Below the pieces are notes generated by a model that saw nothing but the letters and a program-made list of their open reading frames with translations, did no database searches and had not been told where the DNA came from. DNA of 64,000 bases from positions 768,001 through 832,000 of the forward strand of contig CAWEPZ010000011.1 in the NCBI GenBank assembly GCA_963811105.1, in the 5' to 3' direction. This document shows, piece after piece, positions 28,724 to 37,949 of this stretch. The stretch comes from Candidatus Bathyarchaeota archaeon. Its GTDB lineage: Archaea > Thermoproteota > Bathyarchaeia > Bathyarchaeales > Bathycorpusculaceae. How positions within the stretch are numbered: position 1 is the first letter of the stretch; the number at the start of each line of letters is the position of its first letter. The translations under genes and the position numbers were made by a program.

Positions 28724-29194
28724 ATGAATAATAATCAGGTAGCGATTGATTCTATTGATGCTAAGCTGATTATTCTACTGCTCAAAAATGCTCGGACAAA
28801 AACAAAAGATTTAGCCGAAGCATGCGGCATATCCTCCACTGCAGTAGGAAACCGAATAAAAAAACTAAAAAAAGACGGCGTCATAACAGGATCAGCCCTT
28901 ATGTTAGATATGAGTCAAATGGGCTTTATGTATCCTGCATTGGTAAGCATCGAAAGAATGCGCGAAGAGCACTTTGCTAAGGTGATCTCTTTAATCAAAA
29001 GCCGTTCAGGCCTTGTTCTTTATAATCCAAGTTTCGGTAAGTCAGATTTTTCAATTTTCTTGGTTGCAAGAACCCTTAGAGACTTAGATTGTTTAAAACA
29101 GTCAATAAGGAAATATTCAGCCGGTCGAATTTCAGTTGATTTATGGAGTACACCGTTTTTCTGCTTTGAAAACCTAAACATTGAAGGAAAATAA
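28724..29194 (+). CDS. Lrp/AsnC family transcriptional regulator (pair 1, gene A)
   Basis: IDSIDAKLIILLLKNART...LAEACGISSTAVGNRIKKLKKDGVI HTH plus a RAM-like domain. ATG at 28724 preferred. Confidence 0.9.
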   Translation: MNNNQVAIDSIDAKLIILLLKNARTKTKDLAEACGISSTAVGNRIKKLKKDGVITGSALMLDMSQMGFMYPALVSIERMREEHFAKVISLIKSRSGLVLYNPSFGKSDFSIFLVARTLRDLDCLKQSIRKYSAGRISVDLWSTPFFCFENLNIEGK

Positions 29195-29206
29195 GGACGT
29201 TTTATT

Positions 29207-29662
29207 TTGGATGAGATTGACTTAAAAATCCTTCGTCTGCTTACCCAAGATGCCCAGATGCCTTTCTATAAGGTAGCTAAAATCGTTGGTATTTCACCGA
29301 GAACAGTTGAACTGAGATTTCGCAAATTAGTACGAGCACACATAGTTCTGCAGTCGACAATTCTAGTTGATCTTGCCAAAATTGGCTATGCAGGAAAAGC
29401 CTACATATCAATAACAACCCGTCCAGGAGCTGATCAGTCTATAATCACGGAAGAGCTGAAGAAAATTGAGGGCATATTCCTCATAACACAGATAATTGGT
29501 GATTATGATATTTTTGCACTTTTTGTTTTCAGAGATTTAGTTAGTGTTATAATGGTTGTGGATTGCATCAAAAAGTTACCAGGTGTCGAGAGAGCCGACG
29601 TTTCTTTTGTTTGTGATACAACTTATCCAGTTTCCCAATGGGTTCATGAACAGTTGCGCTGA
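29207..29662 (+). CDS. Lrp/AsnC family transcriptional regulator (pair 1, gene B)
   Basis: MDEIDLKILRLLTQDAQMPF..VGISPRTV..R and IIGDYDI. Confidence 0.9.
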   Translation: MDEIDLKILRLLTQDAQMPFYKVAKIVGISPRTVELRFRKLVRAHIVLQSTILVDLAKIGYAGKAYISITTRPGADQSIITEELKKIEGIFLITQIIGDYDIFALFVFRDLVSVIMVVDCIKKLPGVERADVSFVCDTTYPVSQWVHEQLR

Positions 29663-29752
29663 ATCGCCACCTTTTACTTCTAATTGCTTTCCCTCATAGG
29701 AAGTTGCATAGCCCATTGTTTTGTTCAGTTGTTTATCGAATGAGTTTTGCCT

Positions 29753-30037
29753 GGGCGTAGCGGTTCAGGCAAGAATAGTATTGCAAAGCAGCTTTTTCCA
29801 GATGCTTACATTCGAAGTTTTGAGAACAATAGCAAGTGTGTTTTAGACGACTTTCCTTCAAAGCTTGAGACCGGTGAAATTACAAAGATGCTTTGCGGTG
29901 TTGGCTTTGCGTCTCCGCCTCACTTGCTTAAGGCGTATGATTGTTTGAGTCAAGGTGAAAAGATTAGCATTGACATTGCGCGTGCGCTTTGTTTAGATAA
30001 GGTGTTGATTGTGTTTGATGAGTTTACTTCCGTTTAA
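29753..30037 (+). pseudogene. Internal fragment of an ABC-type ATPase (virus-associated ATPase/acetyltransferase-like)
   Basis: Begins at Walker A GRSGSGK, contains VGFASPP and LSQGEK, and stops immediately after Walker B IVFDEFTSV. No N- or C-terminal remainder. Confidence 0.75.
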
Positions 30038-30282
30038 AATGTAAAATACGATGATGACTTCAATTAATTGGTGGTTGGTTGGATTAAAATTTAATACACA
30101 CACAAAACAACGAATAAGAGGAAAAAGGGGAAATGCTCTATTTTCAACTAAAACCAATATTGTGGGAGCTCTCGAATTATCTATTACGGAAGAACAATTA
30201 AAAATTGCCTAAAAAAAATGGAACTAAATATCTCTAATACCAAGGTTTACAACAAGATGAGAAAAAGGGGGAAAATGGGAAT

Positions 30283-32871
30283 TTACTTTTTCCTATACAG
30301 AATTACTCCAACTATCGCAACTGCTACTATGACTGCAATTACTCCGCCGATTATGGTCATTGTGTAGTCAGGAATAGAAATTTGCTGTTGTTGTCCTGTA
30401 TTAGTTGATGCCGGTGCTGGACCTACTGAGATGGCGGTTGAGGCTCCTGAGCTGGCGTAAGAGTCGTCGCCCGCGAAGGATGCTATGATTTTGTATGTGC
30501 CTTCGGCTGGTGGTGTCCAAGCTTGTTCGTATGTGCCATAGTAAGCGCTGGTTGTCACCGTGCCGATGTTGATGTAAGTGCTATTCTCGTCTATTGCTGT
30601 TAGGGTTACAGGGATACCGGTCATGGTGATGTTATGGTTGAGTCCGTCGATTGGGTGCTGCATATATAGGTATTCCATCTGGGTTGTCATTGAGTCCTTG
30701 GATACGCATGGTGTGCCTGGTTGTGCTGGTGATTGGTCCAAGACTGCACCTTTTATGACTACTCCCTGTCCTTTGGCTATTACGACGTCAGGTGCTGTAA
30801 CTGTTGTTGTGCTCTTGCCCTTGCCGAACACGTACATGTATCCGTCGTACAAGTTGCATGCTGTAAGGTAGCCGTCGGCAACAATGCCGGGAGCCATGCC
30901 TCCAGTCACGTTCCAGATATCTTTGCCAGATGTTGCGTTAATGCAGAATAGACGCCATCCTCTTGTGAGTGGCGCGCTAGGTGAGTGTTCCAAGTTATAC
31001 GCGTAGATTTTTCCGTCAGCAATGATGTTACCTGAGAACCATGAGTATTGTCCTTGGTAGGGAGTTTCGTATTGGTAGGGAGTTGGCGCTTCGAATACCC
31101 ATTGTACTTTGCCGGTGTTCCAATCGATAGCTCGCAAGCCAGCGTATGTTGGGTCATATAGAAGTCCGTAAGCTGATGACACGTAGTAGGCTCCGAAGGT
31201 GTCCCATGGCCAGCTGGTGGATTCGCTTTTCCAAAGTTGCTTGCCTGTGAATAAGTCCCAGCAATAGTAGAAGCCGTCATTCATACGTATGGCGAATTTC
31301 CCGTGGTCTGCGCATGCTGTACTTCCGCTGAATATCCCAAAGCCTGTTCCCAGCGTGTTGTTCCACAGTATTTGCCCTGTGTTAATGTTCACAGCAGTTA
31401 AGATTGCATCGGAGGTCACTCCTACAGCAGGGTTTGTTATTCCGGTTGTTGTGACAGCTACGCCAGTTTCGAAATCGCATGTGCTTGGCAAGCTGTTTAA
31501 TGGCCAAGTTATGTTGCCCATTATTCTGGTTGTGAAATTGGTGCTTGATCCTTCCATAGTCCAGTTGACTAGGCGATATCGCTGAGCACCTGCTGAGGCA
31601 CCAAGATCTTGCACGCTGAGGACATAAGGATCTGCGTAGATAGTTCCGGAGGTGAGTGGAGAAATTGATATGTTCGAACTTACCGCCCCGTTGGTTGGAC
31701 TGTACTTTATTAGTTGTCCGCCGCCTAAGTATACAAGCATCATGTGTAGTCGGTCTGCTCTCTGTGTTGCTCCTGGAACAAGTGGGGTGTCGAATGCGGT
31801 TGAAACCACCGTAGGCATTTGAGAAGTCCACGGTTGTTCCCATATAACCTCTCCTGTGCGTACATCTGTGCATCGCCAAACGTACATTGGGTTTCCATTA
31901 AATACACTCATGACTTTGCCGTAGAGTCGCCCTTGAAAAAGTATTGCCGGGTTGCCGTCTGTGCCTGGACCTGCATTGTATGCGCCTGTCGCGGTGCTAA
32001 AGGCTTCGTCATAGGCTACTGGCGCTGACAATTGTCCAGTTTCTCCGCTGATGATACCTGCGAGGACACTGCCTTGCACTCGCCATGCTATGTGGGCGGA
32101 GTTCGGTCCTTGTACCCATGGGGTGAATTTGTAGTTGCTCATGTATGTGTTTGTGTTAACTGGCCATTCAGTGCCTCCCCCTACGCCGTTAAATGGACAA
32201 TGGCCTGCGATTACCCACCAGTCTCTGTTCTCTGGTGAGATTGGTCGCGTCCAGTAATCTGTTGGCAATGCTGCTAGAGGCCAAGACATCACTTGCTGTT
32301 CCTGTACAACGAGTTCGCGATCTCCTGTGGTTGCTGGCTTGTAATAGACTGACTGTGGAAAGCTTGAAGTTGTTCCTCCGCCAAACGCGGCTCCACTTCC
32401 GGTACTGTAGTTTCCTGCTGGGAAGTATCCGCCTGGAAAGTCAAACCTAAGTTTCCAAGTACCAACCTGGTCAACTGTGTACTCAAGCCATGCAGTTCCA
32501 TCGCCACGATATGTTGTAAGTGGACCTATTGCGTCTTTGGTGCCGTCTGGTTTAGTGATCACTAATTGGAGATTGCCCAAGGCTCGACTTACGTGGGTTG
32601 GTGGTTGGAACCAGATGTTAATCAGTATTTTTTGTCCGACACCAACGGGGTTTGGTGTGAAGCTTATGTGAGCTAGGGTTTCTAAAGTTACGTCGGGTGT
32701 AACTCCGGTGGGAAGGGCTATTGAAGTTCCGTTTTGCAGATTCGTGGGTGTGATGCCTACAGGTATTGTTGTTTGCGCTTCTACTGGGATTGTTATCAGT
32801 ACGATAGAAGCCAAGGTAAGAAATATGATAAATATCGCGGTTGCTTTTGCTAATTTAGGTTTAATTTGCAT
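30283..32871 (-). CDS. PQQ-like beta-propeller surface protein, array copy 4
   Basis: Family blocks present, signal peptide ending VEA|Q, TM + RKK. Confidence 0.85.
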   Translation of the reverse strand: MQIKPKLAKATAIFIIFLTLASIVLITIPVEAQTTIPVGITPTNLQNGTSIALPTGVTPDVTLETLAHISFTPNPVGVGQKILINIWFQPPTHVSRALGNLQLVITKPDGTKDAIGPLTTYRGDGTAWLEYTVDQVGTWKLRFDFPGGYFPAGNYSTGSGAAFGGGTTSSFPQSVYYKPATTGDRELVVQEQQVMSWPLAALPTDYWTRPISPENRDWWVIAGHCPFNGVGGGTEWPVNTNTYMSNYKFTPWVQGPNSAHIAWRVQGSVLAGIISGETGQLSAPVAYDEAFSTATGAYNAGPGTDGNPAILFQGRLYGKVMSVFNGNPMYVWRCTDVRTGEVIWEQPWTSQMPTVVSTAFDTPLVPGATQRADRLHMMLVYLGGGQLIKYSPTNGAVSSNISISPLTSGTIYADPYVLSVQDLGASAGAQRYRLVNWTMEGSSTNFTTRIMGNITWPLNSLPSTCDFETGVAVTTTGITNPAVGVTSDAILTAVNINTGQILWNNTLGTGFGIFSGSTACADHGKFAIRMNDGFYYCWDLFTGKQLWKSESTSWPWDTFGAYYVSSAYGLLYDPTYAGLRAIDWNTGKVQWVFEAPTPYQYETPYQGQYSWFSGNIIADGKIYAYNLEHSPSAPLTRGWRLFCINATSGKDIWNVTGGMAPGIVADGYLTACNLYDGYMYVFGKGKSTTTVTAPDVVIAKGQGVVIKGAVLDQSPAQPGTPCVSKDSMTTQMEYLYMQHPIDGLNHNITMTGIPVTLTAIDENSTYINIGTVTTSAYYGTYEQAWTPPAEGTYKIIASFAGDDSYASSGASTAISVGPAPASTNTGQQQQISIPDYTMTIIGGVIAVIVAVAIVGVILYRKK

Positions 32872-33267
32872 TTTCTCTTTTCTCCTTCTTCAGAATTGTT
32901 TTGGTCCATTTTTAAAACTATCGCCTGCGTTCTTATAGGTTAAGAAAAATTGTATATTTTCCTATTTAGCGTTAATTTTTTACACCATTAAAAATTATCA
33001 TTGAAGTATCATTTTGTTCTTCTTTTTCAAAAGATACGTAGTCGTGTTTGATAGAAAAAAATTCAATAATACTTAAAGAATTTATTCGTTTTTTTAAGTT
33101 ACTTCTTGTTAATGAAAAGTTTTAAAAAGTAGTTCAATAGAACGCTTAATTGGGTAAGTAGTGACTTTAAGACATCGATTTAAGGACAATGAGCTTATAT
33201 TTTGATCATTCTCTTTTCTCCTTAATTTGTGAAAATCTCGAATAGGAATAGTCTCGCCCAAAAAACT

Positions 33268-33363
33268 TTCGACCGTCTAAAAAGCTACATTTCTGATTTA
33301 AAAGACCTCGATTTAATCGAAGACCAGCTTTCATACAACCTTACTCAAAAAGGCAATCAATAG
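33268..33363 (+). pseudogene. Remnant of a winged-helix regulator paralogous to 21645..21926
   Basis: Translates FDRLKSYISDLKDLDLIEDQLSYNLTQKGNQ*, versus FDRLKNYISDLESLDLIEDQLNYNLTPKGKQY at 21771-21866. Clear nucleotide similarity (shared cctcgatttaatcgaagacca and tacaaccttactc). Confidence 0.88.
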
Positions 33364-33644
33364 ATTCGGCGTTTCAAGAGCTTTCAAGGCTGCAACTAAG
33401 GTCTTGAGTTCTTCCTCTATTAAAGGCAACTCAATTGGCAAAATTAACTTATCAAAGGTAGTTGTTGATGGCGTGTTTTTTTCACTCCCATCAACAACTT
33501 CTAAGCCTAAACGAGATGTTTTCATTTGTACTGAGGTAAGGCTTTTGACCAGAACCTTTGCAATAGAATGCAAAGACTTTTTTCTGTTAACAGTTGTCGA
33601 AGTTGCTTTTCATCCTCAACTGTCCAAGGTTTACCCCTCGCCAT
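33362..33644 (-). pseudogene. Frameshifted, truncated Myb/GcrA-like HTH protein of mobile-element type
   Basis: ATG at 33644 gives MARGKPWTVEDEKQLRQLLTEK. A shift in an A6 run near 33578 continues SLHSIAKVLVKSLTSVQMK..LGLEVV..LILPIELPLIEEELKTL..ALETPNL, which is cut off at the wHTH remnant. Confidence 0.7.
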
Positions 33645-33922
33645 TAAGCTTGGTTCCACCTGGTAAGAATCGATGTTTTTTCCCTACAAATAGCCCGATT
33701 ATAATTCCGGTTATGTCTGTGGTTGCTGCGAAAACTTCACTGTTCCAACTGCCTAGAAAAACCATGTGGGGCAATCTCCAGGAATGATAGACAAATGGCC
33801 ATTGCAATCGCAAATTCCACGCCCAGAACTAAGCGTTCGTCTGGTAATTCAACTTCAGAGGTTGTGCGGCCACAGACTTGGTGGCGTCGAGTGAGGGCAC
33901 GCGTAATCAGATTTTCCGCCAA
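33631..33922 (-). pseudogene. Frameshifted small two-helix membrane protein of mobile-element type
   Basis: ORFs 33737..33922 and 33631..33813 join near 33770 into ...LVLGVEFAIAMAICLSFLEIA-HMVFLGSWNSEVFAA..ITGIIIGLFVGKK. Confidence 0.6.
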
Positions 33923-34108
33923 GGAAGCCTCATCCTCATTCTCACCCTCTGCATTCGATGATACATGAATATCCTGGGAGAGCGTGGGTTTAGAAGATTA
34001 GATGAGACAATGCTTGAGCGAGACTGTCCTGAACTGCTCTTGGCGAAGCTAAGAATCATGCAATCTGCAATTTAGTTCTTCAAAAAAAGGGAGAAAAATA
34101 GGGGGTTT

Positions 34109-36655
34109 TTAAGCTTTTTTCCTCGCTAAGATTGCGCCTACAATTATTATGGCGACTATTATGGCTATTATGCCTGCTACAAGGTAGGTTGCTAAGTCGC
34201 TGTTGCTTACGGTTTCTTTCGCGGTTGTTGGTGTTTGTGTCGGTAATGATGCTGGTTGTACTACTGAAGCGTATGCTTGTGCCCAGGAGCTTCCATATGA
34301 ATCGTCGCCTGCGAAAGTAGCGGTTATCTTATATTCTCCAACTATTGACGGTGTCCAAACGTAGCCGAATGTGCCGCTTGCTCCGTCTGACGTAACTGTA
34401 GCAATGTGTACAAAGTTTCCGTTAGGGTCAACTGCATCTATAGACACTGGAACTCCTATGATGTTTGCCGGCACTTGCTGTTGCATGTACAGGTAATCCA
34501 TCCAGGCACCCATTGATTGCGCTGACACACACGGTGTTCCGGGTTGAGCTGGGGATTGATCCAAGACGCTGCCTGATATGACCGCGGTGTGTCCAGTATC
34601 GAGTTCTGTTTGTGGTACCGATATTGATGTGGATGATAGACCTTTGCCAAAGGCGTACAAGTATCCATCATATGAGTTGCCTGCGGTAAGATAGCCGTCT
34701 GATATTGCTCCTGGCGCCATAGGACCGATCACGCTCCATATACCTTGGCCTGTTGTGGCATTGATGCAGTAAAGTCCCCAACCTCTCGTAATAGGCTGGC
34801 TTGGTGTGTGCTCTGTGTTGTATGTGTAGAGTTTTCCATCGGCTACCTTGGCTGAACCAAAGAATGGGTATTCGCCAGTGCCATTTGACATCGTATATGG
34901 CGTTTCAAACGGTGGTGCTGGTGCTTGGAATTTCCAGGCGCGTTGTCCTGTGCTCTCGTTGAAAGCTACTACGCCGTCGTATGTTTGCCAGTAGAAGAAG
35001 CCATATGCTGTTTCAGCGCTGTATGACCCGAACTGTCCCCATGGATAGTCAAATTGGGTTGTGGTCCAAACGAGTTTTCCAGTGAATAGGTCGAAGCAGT
35101 CAAGAATTCCTGCATCCATCGGAATGAACACTTTTCCATCGCCAACTGAGTCTGCGGCAGGATAGTATGATGTGTCGTCTGTCGTAAGGTTGTAGAGTAC
35201 TTGTCCAGTTACTATGCTAATTCCAACTATACGCGTTCCATAAGCTCCACCGGCTAATCCAAATTCTGCCCCTGTGACGGCAGCTCCACCAGAAGCTGAC
35301 CCAAATATGCCTGCAACTGTTCCTACTGCCACGCCAGTATCAAAATCGGCTAGCATCCCTGTTCCTCCTGGTGCCATGCTTACTGGCCAGCTTACGTTGC
35401 CAACTATTCTTGTTGCAAAGTTCGTGCTAGTTCCGGCGGTTGTCCAGTTTATCATTCGCCACGCTGTCGAGTTAATAGTCTGTACACTTATTACATAATT
35501 GTTATTGTAGAATGTTCCCGATGTCAACGGAGAAATCGAAACATTAAGCGTAACCGCGCCAGTGAAAGCATTTATCTTGTATAACCGACCACCGCTTAAA
35601 TTGATTAAATCGACCGTTTCGCCGTTCGCTGCTGTACCGAGGTCTTGGGCTGAAGTTGTTGCCGGCGCAATGTATGAGATTGCTGTGGGGGTAATTCCGC
35701 CTTGTGAAACTGGTATAGCATAATACTGTTGTCCTGTTTGTAGATCATAGCACACTGCGCAGCTTGTGGGAACTCCATTGATTGGTACTGTTTGAGTTTG
35801 GTAACATCGGCCAAGATAGATTACGCTTGGAGTGCCCGCCGAAGCTTGTATGCTGTATTGTCCTGCTTCACCGCCTATTATGCCACCTACGGCTTCTTGT
35901 TGTCGCCATACGATGTGTGCTGTGTTTGGAGCCGTAACGTAAGGACCACAGTAGCTTACGATACTGTTGTAGTAAGCCCATGGGAAGTTTCCTGCAATTG
36001 ATGACCATTCTCTATTATCGGGGGATATCGGTCTAGTCCAATAGTCCGTTGGTAATGGTGAATACCATGACATCACTGGTTGTTCTTGTACTACAAGAGT
36101 CTGTACCGGCGTTTTGGCTGGCTCATAATATGTTGATGGGTAATCGCGTTGGTCCATGAAGCTTGATCCTGCTGGTGCTGAATTGTTTAGAATGCCGTTG
36201 ACATATCGTCCTGCTGGGTAGTAATCGCCTGCGTAAGTAAACTGTACTGTCCAGTTGCCTGCTTGGTCAGGGGCATAGGAGAAATAATTCGTTCCATCAG
36301 CTACAAAGGAGTTAAAAGGTCCAACGACATGTTTTGTTCCGTCTGGTTTGGTGAAAGTAACGGTGTATCCTGTGTGCGCTCGGTTAGCTCCAATTGGTGG
36401 TATGATCCAAACGTTGACTAATAATGTTTGACCTACCCCGATTGGATTAGGACTGAAACTTAGGTATACAGTGTCTTGATAAGTATAAGCGGGGGTAACT
36501 CCTGAAGGTAAAGGTCCGCCTGCGGTGTTTGGGTCTTGATTTTGTTGAGCTTTAACTGGCATTGCTATGATAGCGATTGAAGACAGCAGAAATAGTATTG
36601 CAAATATCGTCTCCAAAAGAATTCTATTCTTTGTATTTATTCTTAGTGGGTTTAT
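34109..36655 (-). CDS. PQQ-like beta-propeller surface protein, array copy 5 (expected start codon is ATA at 36655; first near-cognate start is TTG at 36616)
   Basis: Family blocks present. RBS GAGGAGG + AAAAACAA precedes an in-frame ATA. Signal peptide ends VKA|Q. Confidence 0.8.
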   Translation of the reverse strand: MNPLRINTKNRILLETIFAILFLLSSIAIIAMPVKAQQNQDPNTAGGPLPSGVTPAYTYQDTVYLSFSPNPIGVGQTLLVNVWIIPPIGANRAHTGYTVTFTKPDGTKHVVGPFNSFVADGTNYFSYAPDQAGNWTVQFTYAGDYYPAGRYVNGILNNSAPAGSSFMDQRDYPSTYYEPAKTPVQTLVVQEQPVMSWYSPLPTDYWTRPISPDNREWSSIAGNFPWAYYNSIVSYCGPYVTAPNTAHIVWRQQEAVGGIIGGEAGQYSIQASAGTPSVIYLGRCYQTQTVPINGVPTSCAVCYDLQTGQQYYAIPVSQGGITPTAISYIAPATTSAQDLGTAANGETVDLINLSGGRLYKINAFTGAVTLNVSISPLTSGTFYNNNYVISVQTINSTAWRMINWTTAGTSTNFATRIVGNVSWPVSMAPGGTGMLADFDTGVAVGTVAGIFGSASGGAAVTGAEFGLAGGAYGTRIVGISIVTGQVLYNLTTDDTSYYPAADSVGDGKVFIPMDAGILDCFDLFTGKLVWTTTQFDYPWGQFGSYSAETAYGFFYWQTYDGVVAFNESTGQRAWKFQAPAPPFETPYTMSNGTGEYPFFGSAKVADGKLYTYNTEHTPSQPITRGWGLYCINATTGQGIWSVIGPMAPGAISDGYLTAGNSYDGYLYAFGKGLSSTSISVPQTELDTGHTAVISGSVLDQSPAQPGTPCVSAQSMGAWMDYLYMQQQVPANIIGVPVSIDAVDPNGNFVHIATVTSDGASGTFGYVWTPSIVGEYKITATFAGDDSYGSSWAQAYASVVQPASLPTQTPTTAKETVSNSDLATYLVAGIIAIIVAIIIVGAILARKKA

Positions 36656-36719
36656 TTGTTTTTCCTCCTCTCAGATAAGCGATACCTGGCTATCACCTTT
36701 AAGTGTTTTCAATCTTTGA

Positions 36720-36843
36720 TAAAAAATATTGCAAATGATATTATGATTATTGAAGTAGTGAATTTTATGCAATCTATAGTTAGTATCACTTTTTTGATTT
36801 TGCAATAATTAGTTTTAGGTGCGGTTTTTTGAAATTTTTGCAA
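36720..36843. promoter_or_regulatory. Four periodically spaced Lrp-type operator boxes between propeller copy 5 and Lrp pair 2
   Basis: TGCAA half-sites start at 36730, 36768, 36801 and 36839 (spacing 38/33/38). Best boxes are TTGAAATTTTTGCAA (36829-36843) and GTGAATTTTATGCAA (36758-36772). Confidence 0.55.
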
Positions 36844-36853
36844 TCAGAAACAC

Positions 36854-37405
36854 ATGTTGAATGGCAAAAAATATAACCGATTCACGGAGCTTATTTACAA
36901 ATATGGGCGTTGGGTAAGAGGAATACGCAAGGGGACTAATGTTGATAATATAGATATTGAAATATTAAAAATTCTTTTAACAGATGCTAGAGAGAATCAA
37001 AAGAGCATAGCGAAAAAATGTGGGATAACGGCTGTTTCAGTTCTTAGAAGGATCAAAAGATTGGAAGCTGAGGGCGTTATTGTTGGAACAGGGGTGATAT
37101 TGAACAGAGAAGTGCTTGGTAGTCCGTACGAGGCTACGATTTTAATAGACGCTTGTAATACATTAGAAGAAGACATAAAAAATAAAGTTAGGCAGACAAA
37201 GAATATTTTGGTTTGTGCAGAGAGCATCGGGAGATACAATTTGTGTGCACTTATCGTTGTTCATGACCTTAACGAGCTAAATGAAACTGTTGGTAAAATA
37301 AGAAACATTAAGGGAGTAAACACAGTAAACGTCAATATTTGGACGGGCAATAGGTATGGCAATTTTGCAAAAAACCTCAAGGTCGCTGAAAGCCAATGGA
37401 AATAG
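36854..37405 (+). CDS. Lrp/AsnC family transcriptional regulator (pair 2, gene A; start uncertain)
   Basis: VDNIDIEILKILLTDARE...IAKKCGITAVSVLRRIKRLEAEGVI and SIGRYNL. Confidence 0.9.
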   Translation: MLNGKKYNRFTELIYKYGRWVRGIRKGTNVDNIDIEILKILLTDARENQKSIAKKCGITAVSVLRRIKRLEAEGVIVGTGVILNREVLGSPYEATILIDACNTLEEDIKNKVRQTKNILVCAESIGRYNLCALIVVHDLNELNETVGKIRNIKGVNTVNVNIWTGNRYGNFAKNLKVAESQWK

Positions 37406-37896
37406 ATGCTACAGATACTCAAATCTTAATTGAATTAATGACCAACGGCCAAATGCCTTTTTCAAAAATCAGCCAAAAAATAGGTGTGTCACGGGAGACT
37501 GTCAGAAAAAGATTTGAAAAGATGAAAAAAGAAGGGGTCATTGAAAAAATTACAATTCTTATTGACGGTCATAAGATTGGAGTTCAAGGCACAGCTTTCT
37601 TGATGATAACGTGCTTAAGAGGTGCAAACAAAGCAGCAATATTTAAAAACCTCAAGATTACACCAGACGTCTGTTTGGTTACTGAACTATTGGGCGACTT
37701 CGATTTTTTTGTTTGGGCAAGCGTAAGAGACATGCAGCAAATAGCTCAACTGACCAACGACGTCAGAAAATATGAAGGCGTAGACAGAATTGAAACTATG
37801 CTACTAACTCAAACTTACTTTGCCTTTTCTTTGATTCCCAAAATCTCTGTAAAATGCGATGGATTAGATTTCCCAAACCGCTTTCATCCTGAGTAA
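37396..37896 (+). CDS. Lrp/AsnC family transcriptional regulator (pair 2, gene B)
   Basis: IDATDTQILIELMTNGQMPFS..IGVSRETVRKR and LLGDFDF. Overlaps gene A. Confidence 0.9.
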   Translation: MEIDATDTQILIELMTNGQMPFSKISQKIGVSRETVRKRFEKMKKEGVIEKITILIDGHKIGVQGTAFLMITCLRGANKAAIFKNLKITPDVCLVTELLGDFDFFVWASVRDMQQIAQLTNDVRKYEGVDRIETMLLTQTYFAFSLIPKISVKCDGLDFPNRFHPE

Positions 37897-37949
37897 CTTT
37901 CGACAGAAAGCAGCAGAGGCACTTGGAAGAATAGTGGGATAAGTGAAAA

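Noticed and set aside
28724-29662. Lrp pairs as siroheme decarboxylase AhbA/AhbB
   Set aside because: They lack the H.Y.R-type motif of Ahb/Nir proteins and no heme-biosynthesis genes are nearby.
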